Part shown: positions 1 to 10,165 of the stretch, piece after piece
Numbering within the stretch: the stretch's first letter is position 1
How the letters are laid out: each line of letters begins with the position of its first letter
Assembly (NCBI GenBank): GCA_963665275.2
Contig: CAXXIN010000019.1
Span: forward strand, 1-64,000
Direction of reading: 5' to 3'
DNA length: 64,000 bases
Source: Negativicutes bacterium
GTDB lineage: Bacteria > Bacillota > Negativicutes > UBA1444
Notes under the pieces: generated by a model
Told to the model about the DNA's origin: nothing
Seen by the model: only the letters and a program-made list of their open reading frames with translations
Database searches by the model: none
Translations under genes and position numbers: made by a program

Positions 1-118
1 TATGAATGCACCTCCCCTTCAAACATAATCAGAATACTCTGTATTTTGATTATAGCACGAAAGAATCTTATTGTGAATGCGTTCCATGAATGTGAATCTA
101 TCCCATAGACTGCGCCGT

Positions 119-802
119 TTACGCTTTCCTGCCGGGCTTTTGGTTTTCTTCAATACGGTTGATTTTCTCATCCAAACGGTTCAAGTGCTGTTGCAGGCAG
201 CGCAACATTTCTTCGACCGGGTCCGGCAGGTTATTGTGAGCCAGATCGTCCGGATTCATTGTATCATCACAGGGGTTCATTTTTTGACCAAATCGATACA
301 CTACGCGCCCCGGAATGCCAACCACTGTTGAGTGAGGCGGCACTTCCGAAAGAACCACCGAGCCGGCGCCAATTTTGGAATCGTTGCCCACCGAAAAAGA
401 TCCCAGTATTTTCGCCCCGGAAGCGACAACGACATTATCACCAATCGTCGGGTGGCGTTTGCCTTTTTCCTTGCCAGTTCCGCCTAATGTCACCCCCTGA
501 TAAAGGGTTACATTCCGGCCGATCTCAGCAGTTTCGCCAATAACAGTTCCCATGCCGTGATCAATGAAAAATCCTGGCCCGATCGTTGCCCCGGGGTGAA
601 TTTCGATCCCTGTGAAAAATCGTGCAAGATGAGACACTAATCGAGCCAGCAGCCTGAAATTGTGCTGAAAAAGATAATGTGAAATGCGATGAGCCCAGAT
701 TGCATGCAACCCAGGATAACACAGAACGACTTCCAGTGTAGTCCTTGCCGCCGGGTCGCGGTCGAAAACCGCCCGTATATCCGCTCGCATCTGTTTAAAC
801 AT
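119..802 (-). CDS. cysE: Serine O-acetyltransferase
   Basis: [33 protein letters not shown] hexapeptide-repeat motifs; start moved to ATG 802 behind a GGAGGGG RBS. Confidence 0.95.
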   Translation of the reverse strand: MFKQMRADIRAVFDRDPAARTTLEVVLCYPGLHAIWAHRISHYLFQHNFRLLARLVSHLARFFTGIEIHPGATIGPGFFIDHGMGTVIGETAEIGRNVTLYQGVTLGGTGKEKGKRHPTIGDNVVVASGAKILGSFSVGNDSKIGAGSVVLSEVPPHSTVVGIPGRVVYRFGQKMNPCDDTMNPDDLAHNNLPDPVEEMLRCLQQHLNRLDEKINRIEENQKPGRKA

Positions 803-821
803 ATCAACCCCTCCAATCAGC

Positions 822-1871
822 TCATTCCGCCGGATTTCGTTTTCTCCGGAAGCCCTGATCCTTTGAAATGCTTCGTCCGATCCCCTCGATTTTGGCGGTG
901 ACACAGCCTCTGCAATCAGCTGGAGCATCATTGAGGCAGATTTTCCCTGGATACAGCATATACATCTTGCGATAATCAGTATCCGTCACGTTAGGCATTA
1001 CCACGTTGGCCCCTCGCTTGAGCGCGAGCATCCGTCCCTCCGGCTGCAGCGTTTCCATCGCCGTAGTCGCGGGGATGTTGGCGTCCGGCAATAGCAGACG
1101 CGTCAGCGCCATCATCCGGCAGGCAAGATCGAACGTTCCTCCAGCAGCCTCGGCCAGCGGAGTATCCGGGTTGGGAATGAAAGGACCGATTCCCACCATA
1201 TCCACATCCAGTTCCTGAAAAAACAGGATATCCCGAGCCAAGGATTCTACGCTCTGTCCGGGCAATCCTACCAACGACCCCGTGCCCACTTCGAATCCCA
1301 GTTCCTTTAAATCACGCAGACAACGTACCCGATTGTCCCAGCTCATCCCCGGATCCATTTTCTCATACAGCTCTTTGTCAGTCGTCTCGATTCGCAACAG
1401 ATAACGGTCGGCGCCGGCAGCACGAAGCGCAGCGTATTCCTCCCGCGTTTTTTCGCCGATACTGAGAGTCAATGCAACTCCCAATTTTTTCAGCTCAGCC
1501 AAAACCGGACCCAAGCGTTCGGGTGCAAAAAATTCATCTTCTCCCGACTGCAACACCAACGTTTTATACCCCAACTCGACCGCCCGACGGCCAAAATCAA
1601 TTATCATTTTCGCTTCCAGGCGATAGCGGGGCACCTGATGGTTGTCCCGGCGCAAACCGCAATACAGGCAATTTTGCTTGCAGATGTTGGAGAATTCGAT
1701 CAGGCCGCGCAGCTCCACCTGGGGCCCCACATATTTGCCCCTCACCCTGTCGGCAGCGGCATAGAGCGGTGCAGCCGCATCAGGTTCAGTGAGCAACACC
1801 ACCAGTTCCTCTGCTGATAGCCGATGCACACGTTCTGCCTTGCTGAGCAATTCTTCAATTCGAGCGTTCAC
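822..1871 (-). CDS. hydE: [FeFe]-hydrogenase maturase HydE (radical SAM)
   Basis: [50 protein letters not shown], YxLYPGK; GTG start after GAGGAGG. Confidence 0.88.
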   Translation of the reverse strand: MNARIEELLSKAERVHRLSAEELVVLLTEPDAAAPLYAAADRVRGKYVGPQVELRGLIEFSNICKQNCLYCGLRRDNHQVPRYRLEAKMIIDFGRRAVELGYKTLVLQSGEDEFFAPERLGPVLAELKKLGVALTLSIGEKTREEYAALRAAGADRYLLRIETTDKELYEKMDPGMSWDNRVRCLRDLKELGFEVGTGSLVGLPGQSVESLARDILFFQELDVDMVGIGPFIPNPDTPLAEAAGGTFDLACRMMALTRLLLPDANIPATTAMETLQPEGRMLALKRGANVVMPNVTDTDYRKMYMLYPGKICLNDAPADCRGCVTAKIEGIGRSISKDQGFRRKRNPAE

Positions 1872-2102
1872 AGATAGTTCCTCCTCGTGCAAAACCAATT
1901 CTCATTAATTTACTCGGATTTACTTTGATTGTATGTCCTGCCACAGGGTTTTGTCAATGGATACGCCCACAAGAGAGGGCAACATCTCAGACAGATATTT
2001 CTCACTTCAGCTCTCAATTTTATCCACTCAGGCGCAAGAAGAGTGCAAATCCTCTCCGAATTGATAGAATAAAAAGTGAAATTAAAATTAAGGAGGGCTC
2101 CC

Positions 2103-3599
2103 ATGAGTAACGTCGCCAATCCGGCTGCTGCAGCAGCCAACGAATCCTTCGGGAAAAAGTACGGTCTTATTATTGGATTACTAGTCATGCTGGGCATCAT
2201 GCTTCTGCCGACCCCTCAGGGTTTGCCGGTCGCCGGACAACGGATGCTCGCGATCCTGGTTTTTTCCGTTATTGTCTGGATGACTGACACGATTTCCTAT
2301 CCTGTCAGTGCTGCGGTCATCCTGGCCTTGATGGCCTTCACCTTGGGCGTTTCGCCTGATCCGGCCAAGCCAGCCACGCTGATGGGTACCGCTCGTGGCC
2401 TGACGATCGCGCTCGGAGGGTTCAGCAATAACGCCCTGGCACTGGTCGGCGGCGCGCTGTTCATCGCAGCCGCCATGATGAAAACCGGCCTTGACAAGCG
2501 CATCGCGCTGGTGGTATTATCCAAAATTGGCGCGAAAACCAACCGGGTATTAGCCGGTGTCATTTTCGTCGGATTCCTGCTCAGCTTCTTCGTCCCCAGC
2601 ACAACGGCACGGGTTTCCTGCCTGGTTCCGATCGTCATGGGCATCATAGTCGCTTTCGGCGTAGAACGAAAAAGCAAATTTGCTGCAGTGATGATGATCG
2701 CCACAGCTCAGGCTGACAGCATCTGGAATGTCGGGATCAAAACAGCGGCGGCCCAGAATATGATCGCCGTCGGCTTCATCGAGAAGCAGCTCGGAGTCAA
2801 TATCACCTGGATGAACTGGTTCATCGCGGCATTGCCGTTTGCGGTCCTCATGTCCGTCGCCCTGTATTTCGTATTGATGAAAATCATGCCGCCAGAAATG
2901 GATGAGATCCCCGGCGGCGATGCCGTTGTCGCCAAAGCCTTGACTGACCTCGGCCCCATGAAAACCGATGAAAAGAAAATGCTCTTTATTTCCTTTGTTC
3001 TGCTCTTTTTCTGGGCGACAGAAAAAGTCCTGCATCCGTTCGACACCTCCTCGACCACTATAGCCGCTATCGCAGTCATGCTGTTGCCTGGTATCGGCGT
3101 GATGTCCTGGAAAGAAGCGCAACCCAATATTCCTTGGGGCACACTGATCCTATTCGGCGTCGGCATTAGCCTCGGCTCCGCAATCTTATCCACTAAGGCA
3201 GCTGCCTGGGTAGCCAAAGTGATTGTATCGACCTTTGGTCTGCAAACGTTGCCGGCGTTAGTCATTCTCGCTATACTCGCAGCGTTCCTCATCGTTATCC
3301 ATCTGGGATTTGCCAGTGCCACAGCCCTGGCCTCAGCGATGATCCCCATTATCATCTCCATCCTGCAGAGTGTTCAAACGCCTGGAATCAATGTCGTCGG
3401 GATGACGATGATTCTGCAGTATGTAGTCAGCTTCGGTTTCATCCTGCCGGTCAATGCGCCGCAAAACATGGTGGCATACGGCACAGAAACTTTTGAAGTG
3501 CGCGACTTCATCAAGACCGGGATTCCGCTGACCATCATCGCCTATCTGCTCATCTTATTGATGGGCGCAACCTACTGGAAATGGATCGGAATCATGTAA
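2103..3599 (+). CDS. DASS-family (SLC13/CitT-like) di/tricarboxylate or anion transporter
   Basis: Many TM helices; PSTTAR, TAAAQN, IPWGTLILFGVGISL, LPVNAPQN motifs; AAGGAGG RBS. Confidence 0.88.
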   Translation: MSNVANPAAAAANESFGKKYGLIIGLLVMLGIMLLPTPQGLPVAGQRMLAILVFSVIVWMTDTISYPVSAAVILALMAFTLGVSPDPAKPATLMGTARGLTIALGGFSNNALALVGGALFIAAAMMKTGLDKRIALVVLSKIGAKTNRVLAGVIFVGFLLSFFVPSTTARVSCLVPIVMGIIVAFGVERKSKFAAVMMIATAQADSIWNVGIKTAAAQNMIAVGFIEKQLGVNITWMNWFIAALPFAVLMSVALYFVLMKIMPPEMDEIPGGDAVVAKALTDLGPMKTDEKKMLFISFVLLFFWATEKVLHPFDTSSTTIAAIAVMLLPGIGVMSWKEAQPNIPWGTLILFGVGISLGSAILSTKAAAWVAKVIVSTFGLQTLPALVILAILAAFLIVIHLGFASATALASAMIPIIISILQSVQTPGINVVGMTMILQYVVSFGFILPVNAPQNMVAYGTETFEVRDFIKTGIPLTIIAYLLILLMGATYWKWIGIM

Positions 3600-3635
3600 T
3601 AATCCAAAATAATAGAACTATCCTATATTCAAAGA

Positions 3636-3686
3636 AGGGGCTGTTTCAAACTAGGGTTTTCAACCTGTTTGAAACAGCCTTTTTTT
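3636..3686 (+). terminator. Intrinsic terminator (13-bp stem plus U-tract) after the DASS gene
   Basis: ggctgtttcaaac...gtttgaaacagcc followed by ttttttt. Confidence 0.75.
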
Positions 3687-3745
3687 GTGTGTTGAAGAAT
3701 GGCGATTTCACTGCCTCCCATCAGTACCCAGCATAAAATGAATTC

Positions 3746-5070
3746 TTACCGGGTTATAAACAAAATGACGCCGGAAAAAGAACCAGCCAGCACAAGAAGA
3801 GGTACGGACAGATGATAGCGTTGGAGAAGAATAAACGAAACAACGACCGAAACAAAAGCAAAAATATCGATTGTCATATTCGGAAAGAGAACATGCTGGG
3901 CAAACATAAAGGCAAGGGTCCCGATTACGCCGACAACGGCTGCCGTAATTCCTTTTAGGGCTGCCTGCAGATGGGGGTTTGGGTCGATGGCGTCAATATA
4001 GGGGGCGCCCAAAAACCAGAAAGAAGGACGGCAAAAAAGTTAGATAGGTGCAATACAGGGATGCAATGAATCCCACTTGCAGGGGATCAAGGCCTCCGGC
4101 ATTTTTCCATGCGCCAACAAAGGCCACATATTGAAGAACCATGATCAGCGGTCCGGGCGTAGACTCCGCGAGGCCGAGACACTGAATCATTTCGGTGGTT
4201 GTCAGCCACTGATACTGATTGACAGCCGCTTCGGCAACGTAGGTAAGAACTGCATAGGCTCCGCCGAAAGTAACATACGGGACTTGCGAAAAAAACAAGG
4301 CTTCCTGCCGCAAAATGACTGGCGCTCCCTGCCAAAGCCAAAGCGAACTGATAGGTATTGCCCAGAGAATAAAGAAGATACCAACCAAACCAAACAGTCT
4401 GGGGAAAAAGGCTGGCATCCCTGCGTCATTGATCCCACATGAGCTGGAATTCGCGGCGTGCGAAGTTGTGGGCTTTTGCGGCGGATGAAAAACCGTCGGC
4501 CAGCGATATTGGGCCAGAAAACCGCCAAAAGCGGCAAGAAGTATTACCAAGGGAAATGGAACATGAATAACCTGCAAAGCAATAAAAGCGCCGACAGCGA
4601 AAGTAACCAGCGCTGCATGATTGAGCGTTCGTTTCGATATTTTCAACACCGCTTCAATTACGATGGCCACCACGACTGGCTGAATGCCATAAAGGAACCC
4701 AGCAACCGCCGGCATATGCGACCAGGCGACCGACATCCAGCTAAAGAATAGGAGAACGAAAATCGAAGGAATAATAAAGAATGAACCTGCCACGACTCCG
4801 CCCAGAACGCCATGAAGTCGCCAGCCAACATAGGTTGTGATTTGCTGCGCCTCCGGGCCAGGCAGAAGCATGCAGTAACCAAGCGCCTTCTGGAACAATG
4901 CATCGTCAATCCAGTTTTTTCGTTCAACAACTTCTTTATACAGTATCGCTATTTGCCCGGCAGGCCCTCCAAAGTTGATAAAGCCTAACTTTATCCAGAA
5001 GATAAAGTTAGGCTTCGCGAAAGGAAATGCAATTTGGATTGGGCTGGTCAGACGAATTTTCGGGTTCCAT
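3746..5070 (-). pseudogene. chrA: Chromate efflux transporter ChrA, disrupted twice (4-nt insertion with stop near 5007-5010; frameshift near 4011)
   Basis: Pieces join as SFREA|FIFWIKLGFINFGGPAGQIA...LLPGPEAQQ...FGGAYAVL...ESTPGPLIMV...LPSFFLVF|LGAPYI...GITAAVVGVI. Confidence 0.85.
4981..5015. repeat. Perfect 15-bp inverted repeat with 5-nt loop inside the chrA 5' region
   Basis: aagcctaactttatc-cagaa-gataaagttaggctt. Confidence 0.95.
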
Positions 5071-5235
5071 TTTATTCCACCTCAAAAGGTATGTGTGACA
5101 GCAAATCCTGTGGATAATCTTATACAATGCAGACCTCTTTTCCTGCTTCAGGCCTCAGTAGCCGGGATCATTCTGATGGAAGGTCAGACCGCTGCTTATC
5201 CTCAGAGTTCATTCTCAAGTGTGAGACTCACTGTC

Positions 5236-5376
5236 GCTTCGCCTTCCGCGCATATGTTTATCGTCAACCCGTTCGCGGGAACCGGCACTTGGTTGCTCAA
5301 CATGTTTAGCACACATCCGCCGACCGATGCCCGCGTACAAAAACTGCAGGCGCTGGCCGGAACTATGAGGCGTTAA
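5236..5376 (+). pseudogene. htpX: C-terminal remnant of HtpX zinc protease
   Basis: AHMFIVNPF...MFSTHPPTDARVQKL is the HtpX C-terminal signature; HExxH and TM parts absent. Confidence 0.7.
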
Positions 5377-5751
5377 GCGATCTGTTAAGGTTGCGGTCTT
5401 CTGATTAAGGTAGAAGGCCGCATTTTTTGTTGGAAAGGTTTTGGTTATGACTTCACTCACGCTTGGTGAGAGCGAATGAGGGGGGAACCTTTGCGCAAAA
5501 CTCCAATTTCGCTAATCGGTATCGACTATCTATCCTACCGCAGTAAGTTTGGGGGAACATAAAATCGAGTATCTAATTTTTAACAAACCTGCAAACGCCA
5601 ATATATCAAGTGTATTGGTTCACGCTTTAGTTCCCTCTTGTGTTAAAACTTAACCAAAATCAATGAAAGTAAGAAAAAGTAAATAAGCTGACTTTCTTTT
5701 TAAATCAAAGCCTTTGAAAGTTGTAAAAAAATAGAAAAAGTCAACTTTAGC

Positions 5752-5798
5752 GAATGGCATTCAAGAGGTCGCCGGTTCGATCCCGACTACCTCCACCA
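5752..5798 (+). mobile_element. 3' half of tRNA-Ala(GGC), probable attR-type integration scar
   Basis: gaaTGGCAttcaagaggtcgccggTTCGAtcccgactacctccaCCA gives anticodon arm, T arm and Ala-type acceptor 3' strand; no 5' acceptor strand or D arm upstream. Confidence 0.75.
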
Positions 5799-5799
5799 C

Positions 5800-5839
5800 A
5801 AAAAGAAAGGGTTCGCAGAAATGCGAACCCTTTCTTTTT
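5800..5839. terminator. Bidirectional intrinsic terminator
   Basis: aaaaagaaagggttcgca-gaaa-tgcgaaccctttcttttt. Confidence 0.85.
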
Positions 5840-5883
5840 CTCGGTTGTCCCCTACCAGAGAGGATTCTTGATCATAAAGGGTC

Positions 5884-6471
5884 TTATCGACAAACGATAA
5901 GACCCTTTTCCGTCATTAGATATTGCATCTTAATATCGTGTTCTTCTTCAGGAAGCTTATTTTCCAGCTGACATTCCCATGCCATTCCAATCAATACACT
6001 GTCGATGGCTTCCGGCAAGAAACGGTCATAGTACCCTGCACCGAGTCCCAGACGGTTTCCACTCCTATCAAAAGCTACAGCAGGGGTCACTACCATTTGG
6101 ATTGACGAAGGCAAAACGAGCCTGGACGTTTCCGGGTTCGGCATTTTCAGTCCATACTTCCCGACGATCAGATCATCCAAACTCGTGATTTCGGCTGCAG
6201 TCATTTCCCCGTACTTTTCTCCCAAGAGCGGCACACAGACTTGTTTTCCACGTCTTAGAGCATCTCCTATCATTCGTTCTGTCTGCACTTCCTCTGACAT
6301 TGCCAGATAAAACATGACCGTTTCACACCGATGATATATTGGCCATGAACAGAAACAATCCGCAATCTGATTGCTCCACGACGTCACCTGCACTGCCGAG
6401 AGGTTCCGTCTTATTTTTCTCATGTCGCAACGGATGCGCTGTTTTTCTTCTTTTAAGGATTCTTGGATCAC
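5884..6471 (-). CDS. fthC: 5-formyltetrahydrofolate cyclo-ligase
   Basis: K..IR N-terminus, GKYGLKMP, TPAVAFDRSGNRLGLGAGYYDRFL, EEHDIKM; start uncertain (GTG 6471 or ATG 6525). Confidence 0.9.
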   Translation of the reverse strand: MIQESLKEEKQRIRCDMRKIRRNLSAVQVTSWSNQIADCFCSWPIYHRCETVMFYLAMSEEVQTERMIGDALRRGKQVCVPLLGEKYGEMTAAEITSLDDLIVGKYGLKMPNPETSRLVLPSSIQMVVTPAVAFDRSGNRLGLGAGYYDRFLPEAIDSVLIGMAWECQLENKLPEEEHDIKMQYLMTEKGLIVCR

Positions 6472-6529
6472 GATTAACCGTCCCCATTCCTCAGTTGAAT
6501 TTGCATAATTCTTTTCATATAGCATCTTA

Positions 6530-6934
6530 TTATGCTATAAAATCAGCTTCGCTGACCTCAATGCATGAAGTTTGACTTTCCCATAGTGCTACATTTTCAA
6601 GTTTGAGGTTATATTCTTGGCATGCTTCCTGTAAAATTTCATAGAAATAACCTGCAAGATTTTCTGAAGTGGCTGTAAAACTTAATACTTCATTTAACAC
6701 CTTATGATCTACTTTATCAAGTACAACTTCTTTCACAATTTTACTGAACTCCAAAAAATCCAAGACCATACCACCGCTGGATCCTCCAGAGATTGTTCCA
6801 CCATCTGTCCTTGAAATCTCAACTTCCAACTTATAAGTGTGCCCATGCATATTGGCGCATTTGCCTAAGTGATCCGGCAAGAAATGGGCTGCATCAAAAG
6901 TAAATATTTTCTTTGCTTTATATTTCAGCTTCAT
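6530..6934 (-). CDS. queD: 6-carboxytetrahydropterin synthase (PTPS-I/QueD type)
   Basis: FDAAH, CANMHGHTY (CxxxHGH), GMVLDF, DHKVLN, TSENLA, LWES. Confidence 0.88.
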   Translation of the reverse strand: MKLKYKAKKIFTFDAAHFLPDHLGKCANMHGHTYKLEVEISRTDGGTISGGSSGGMVLDFLEFSKIVKEVVLDKVDHKVLNEVLSFTATSENLAGYFYEILQEACQEYNLKLENVALWESQTSCIEVSEADFIA

Positions 6935-6975
6935 CTGTTGATGCCCCCCCTTCTTCTAAATCATTGCAACGTGCT

Positions 6976-7752
6976 CTAGTTGCTCTCATAATGTCGTGCA
7001 TAAGCACTATGATTATGTATTGATTCGAAGTTTTCACATTCAATATCAAACCAATCAATCTTTTCCTGCCCTCGTAGTGCAAGCACCGAGTCTCTAATTA
7101 CGTCTTCAACAAATTTCGGATTATCATAAGCGGACTCTGTTACGAACTTTTCATCCTCGCGTTTTAACAATGAGTAAACTGGCGAGCTGGCTTGTCCCTC
7201 AATCAGCCTAATCACGTCTTCAATCCATAAGAAATTGCCGGGTCGAAATTTTACCTTAACCTTAATATTACTACGCTGATTATGGGCTCCGTATAAAGAA
7301 ATCTCTTTGCTGCAAGGACAAAGAGAAGTTGTTGGTATAGATACGCTTAAGACAAATTGAAAGTCTTCTCCCAATTCACATGAAAAAAGGCAGTTGTAAT
7401 CCAATAGACCAGATAATCCACTTACCGGAGCTGCTTTTTCTAAAAAATATTTAAATCCGAGATCAATATGCGTTCTTTGAGCTCCTGTTCTATTTTGTAT
7501 GTCTTTGAGTATTGCCTGCAATTCTTTGATGGAAATCGGTTGCCGGCTCCATTGATTTAACACTTCAATGAATCGGCTCATATGCGTTCCTTTAAATTGA
7601 TGAGGTAAGTCCACCGTTAATTTGATTTCTGCGAGTACCGATTGAAATTTTCCATTCTTCATTCTGATTATATATGGCAAATAAACATCTTTAACCCCGA
7701 CTCGCTGCAAAGCGATACCACGTTCATCACGAAATGTTTGTACGTCTTTCAC
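6976..7752 (-). CDS. folE2: GTP cyclohydrolase IB
   Basis: MKDVQ, KGTHMSRF, TSLCPCSKEIS, GAHNQRS, LLKREDEK, NPKFVED, ESIHNHSA. Confidence 0.95.
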   Translation of the reverse strand: MKDVQTFRDERGIALQRVGVKDVYLPYIIRMKNGKFQSVLAEIKLTVDLPHQFKGTHMSRFIEVLNQWSRQPISIKELQAILKDIQNRTGAQRTHIDLGFKYFLEKAAPVSGLSGLLDYNCLFSCELGEDFQFVLSVSIPTTSLCPCSKEISLYGAHNQRSNIKVKVKFRPGNFLWIEDVIRLIEGQASSPVYSLLKREDEKFVTESAYDNPKFVEDVIRDSVLALRGQEKIDWFDIECENFESIHNHSAYARHYESN

Positions 7753-7837
7753 TTCGCCTCTCCCACCATTGCTTAATATCCAAAGAACTCCTTGCTTCGT
7801 TTGTTTCTCCTGCTTTCACTCCGAATATTTTCCTATC

Positions 7838-8704
7838 CTATGCAGCACTGTTGTCATTAACACGCTGCTTGGGCATAGTGAATCCCGGCCCCATCACCTC
7901 GACTGCGTCCTGAACAATCATTAATGCACGTGGATCGCTCGCCTCTATTAACATTTTGATTCGGGCAATCTGTGTGAGGTTCACCACAACGAATATGACG
8001 CTTTTATCTTGCAATGTAAAAGCTCCTTTCCCTTGCAAGAACGTCACTCCGCGACCGATCTCATTAATAATTATTCCGGCAATTTGCTCAGCCTGATCAG
8101 AAATAATGATCACTGTCTTCTTGCGATTATACCCCTCTACAACCTTGTCCGTAACAATAGCGCAGACATACATTGAAAGCAGTGTAAGCATCGCTAGTTT
8201 TGCACCGAATAATAATCCAGCAACAAGCATTATGAGGCAGTTCGCACAAAACCCCACTGCCCCAACGTTCAACGCGTAATATTTTTTTGCGATGGCGGCT
8301 ACAATATCTAAACCGCCGGTGTTGCCGTTGACCCGAAATATTATGCCGGATCCCAATCCACTGAATACTCCGCCATATAATGCCGCCAACATGGGATCAT
8401 CAACTATATTTAAGTCCGCTAAAAATCTGGTTGCATCCACTGAAAATGAAAACACCAGCATTCCATATAGCGTTGAAAAAATATGGTTAGGGCCAATGTA
8501 TCTGTAAGCAGCATAAAACAAAGGTACATTAAGCACTATGACTTGCAAACCCACTGGATAATCGTTCAAAAAATGAAGAATGATTGCTATGCCACTAACC
8601 CCACCACTTAGCAAATGGTGGGGAATGATAAATAAATTTATTGATATCGCACCAATCAACCCGCCTATTCCGACCCAGAAGAGTTGTGTTTTTGTATTTT
8701 CCAT
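7838..8704 (-). CDS. YitT/UPF0750-family membrane protein
   Basis: SGGVSGIA, NVPLF, GNTGGLDI, RGVTFLQGKGAFT, DPRA. Confidence 0.88.
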   Translation of the reverse strand: MENTKTQLFWVGIGGLIGAISINLFIIPHHLLSGGVSGIAIILHFLNDYPVGLQVIVLNVPLFYAAYRYIGPNHIFSTLYGMLVFSFSVDATRFLADLNIVDDPMLAALYGGVFSGLGSGIIFRVNGNTGGLDIVAAIAKKYYALNVGAVGFCANCLIMLVAGLLFGAKLAMLTLLSMYVCAIVTDKVVEGYNRKKTVIIISDQAEQIAGIIINEIGRGVTFLQGKGAFTLQDKSVIFVVVNLTQIARIKMLIEASDPRALMIVQDAVEVMGPGFTMPKQRVNDNSAA

Positions 8705-8803
8705 CGTTCCTCCTAGAAAAGTTCAGTAGCACATAAACCTGTCACTTTGTCCCACATTGTAAAATAACAAGCCGTCAATGATGTTTAAAAAGGTACTTCG
8801 TTC

Positions 8804-10150
8804 TCACGATTTTTGCATCAGTGCATATTCTTTTGATTTAACAGCTTCGCTTGGGACAAATTTCTTATTATTCAGTGCAAATGTAATGAACAGCCCTAGC
8901 AGCAAAAGTGCAGAAGCGGACTGAAAAGTGTACTGAGCAGCCTGTTTGTCAAAATTATCTTTCAAAAAAGCTACGATCTGAGGGCCGACAATGCCGGCGC
9001 ACCCCCACGCCGTCAAGATGGTTCCGTAAACGACCGGCATGAGTTTCGAACCGAATGTGTCAAGAATAAATGACGGCATCGCTCCAAACCCGCCACCATA
9101 ACAGAACAGGATATAACAGACGAGTACGCCGAATAGGATCGGATCATTGACGAACAACAATCCGATAAAAACAACTAGCTGACTGCCAAGGATCAAACGA
9201 AAAGTCTGGACACGGCCGATCTTGTCGGAAAGCCATCCCCAGGAAAAGCGACCTGCACCGTTAAAGATGGAACTAACGGCAATCAGTGTTGCACCGGCAT
9301 CTGCCAGTCCTGCAATAACTTGGGGGTCTCCCAGCATAGCCGGGTCCATTATTTTCTTTAGCAGGTCCTGCAGCAGAGGAGACTGGAACCCGATGAATAT
9401 GATGCCGGCAACGATGTTGAAGAAGAACACGGTCCACATCATCAAGAATTTACTGGATAAGATACACTGTCTGGCGGTAATTTCAGCCTGGGAAATCTGC
9501 GCTCCAGTTGACGGTGCTGGGGGAACATAACCATACGGCACAAAACCTGCGGGCGGGTTAACCATAACATACCCGGCAGGCAGAGTAATGAGCAGCATGA
9601 TCACACCGACATAGGAAAACACCATCACCAGATTGCCGTCGGTCATAGACATGAATACCGGAGCCAGAACCTTGGCCATCAGAAGTGCGCCGAATCCGAA
9701 ACCCATGACAACCATACCGGTGATGAAGCCCTTTTTGTCAGGAAACCACTTGGCGGCGGTTGCTACCGGGGTTACATAACCAAGACCCAGACCTATGCCG
9801 CCGATAACTCCGTAACCGATATACAATAGCGGTAAGTTTTGGAGATGGAGCGCATAGGCAGCGATCAAGTAGCCAAGGCCAAATAATAACCCACCGGTCA
9901 TGGCCAATTTTTGCGACCCGAACCGAGGGAGGTTGACGCCGCCCCAGGCGGCAGCCAACCCCAAAAAGAAAATCGCCAGACTAAATACCCAAGCAACCTG
10001 GGTGTTGGACCAGCTTCCGGCAGCCATTACAGGTTGTTGAAAAAAACTCCAGGCGTAAACAGTACCCAGTGCAATCTGCAGCACCGTTCCCATGATGGCT
10101 ACCAGCCACCGATTCGGAATGATTTGTTGTTTCGTAGTCATTATTTCCAT
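8804..10150 (-). CDS. OFA-family MFS transporter (oxalate:formate antiporter-like)
   Basis: GTVYAWS, KWFPDKKG, GFGFG, FNGAGR..WG..SDKIGR, CYGGGFG.MP. Confidence 0.88.
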   Translation of the reverse strand: MEIMTTKQQIIPNRWLVAIMGTVLQIALGTVYAWSFFQQPVMAAGSWSNTQVAWVFSLAIFFLGLAAAWGGVNLPRFGSQKLAMTGGLLFGLGYLIAAYALHLQNLPLLYIGYGVIGGIGLGLGYVTPVATAAKWFPDKKGFITGMVVMGFGFGALLMAKVLAPVFMSMTDGNLVMVFSYVGVIMLLITLPAGYVMVNPPAGFVPYGYVPPAPSTGAQISQAEITARQCILSSKFLMMWTVFFFNIVAGIIFIGFQSPLLQDLLKKIMDPAMLGDPQVIAGLADAGATLIAVSSIFNGAGRFSWGWLSDKIGRVQTFRLILGSQLVVFIGLLFVNDPILFGVLVCYILFCYGGGFGAMPSFILDTFGSKLMPVVYGTILTAWGCAGIVGPQIVAFLKDNFDKQAAQYTFQSASALLLLGLFITFALNNKKFVPSEAVKSKEYALMQKS

Positions 10151-10165
10151 CCCTTGCTCATCCGC

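Noticed and set aside
4975-5376. 133-aa ORF as a real gene
   Set aside because: Chimera of antisense chrA, intergenic DNA and an htpX tail.
5720-5798. Intact tRNA-Ala gene
   Set aside because: No 5' acceptor strand or D arm; only the 3' half is present.
6530-7752. 7-deazaguanine DNA-modification (dpd) island
   Set aside because: No dpdA/tgt-like, queC or queE genes nearby; the context is folate C1 metabolism.
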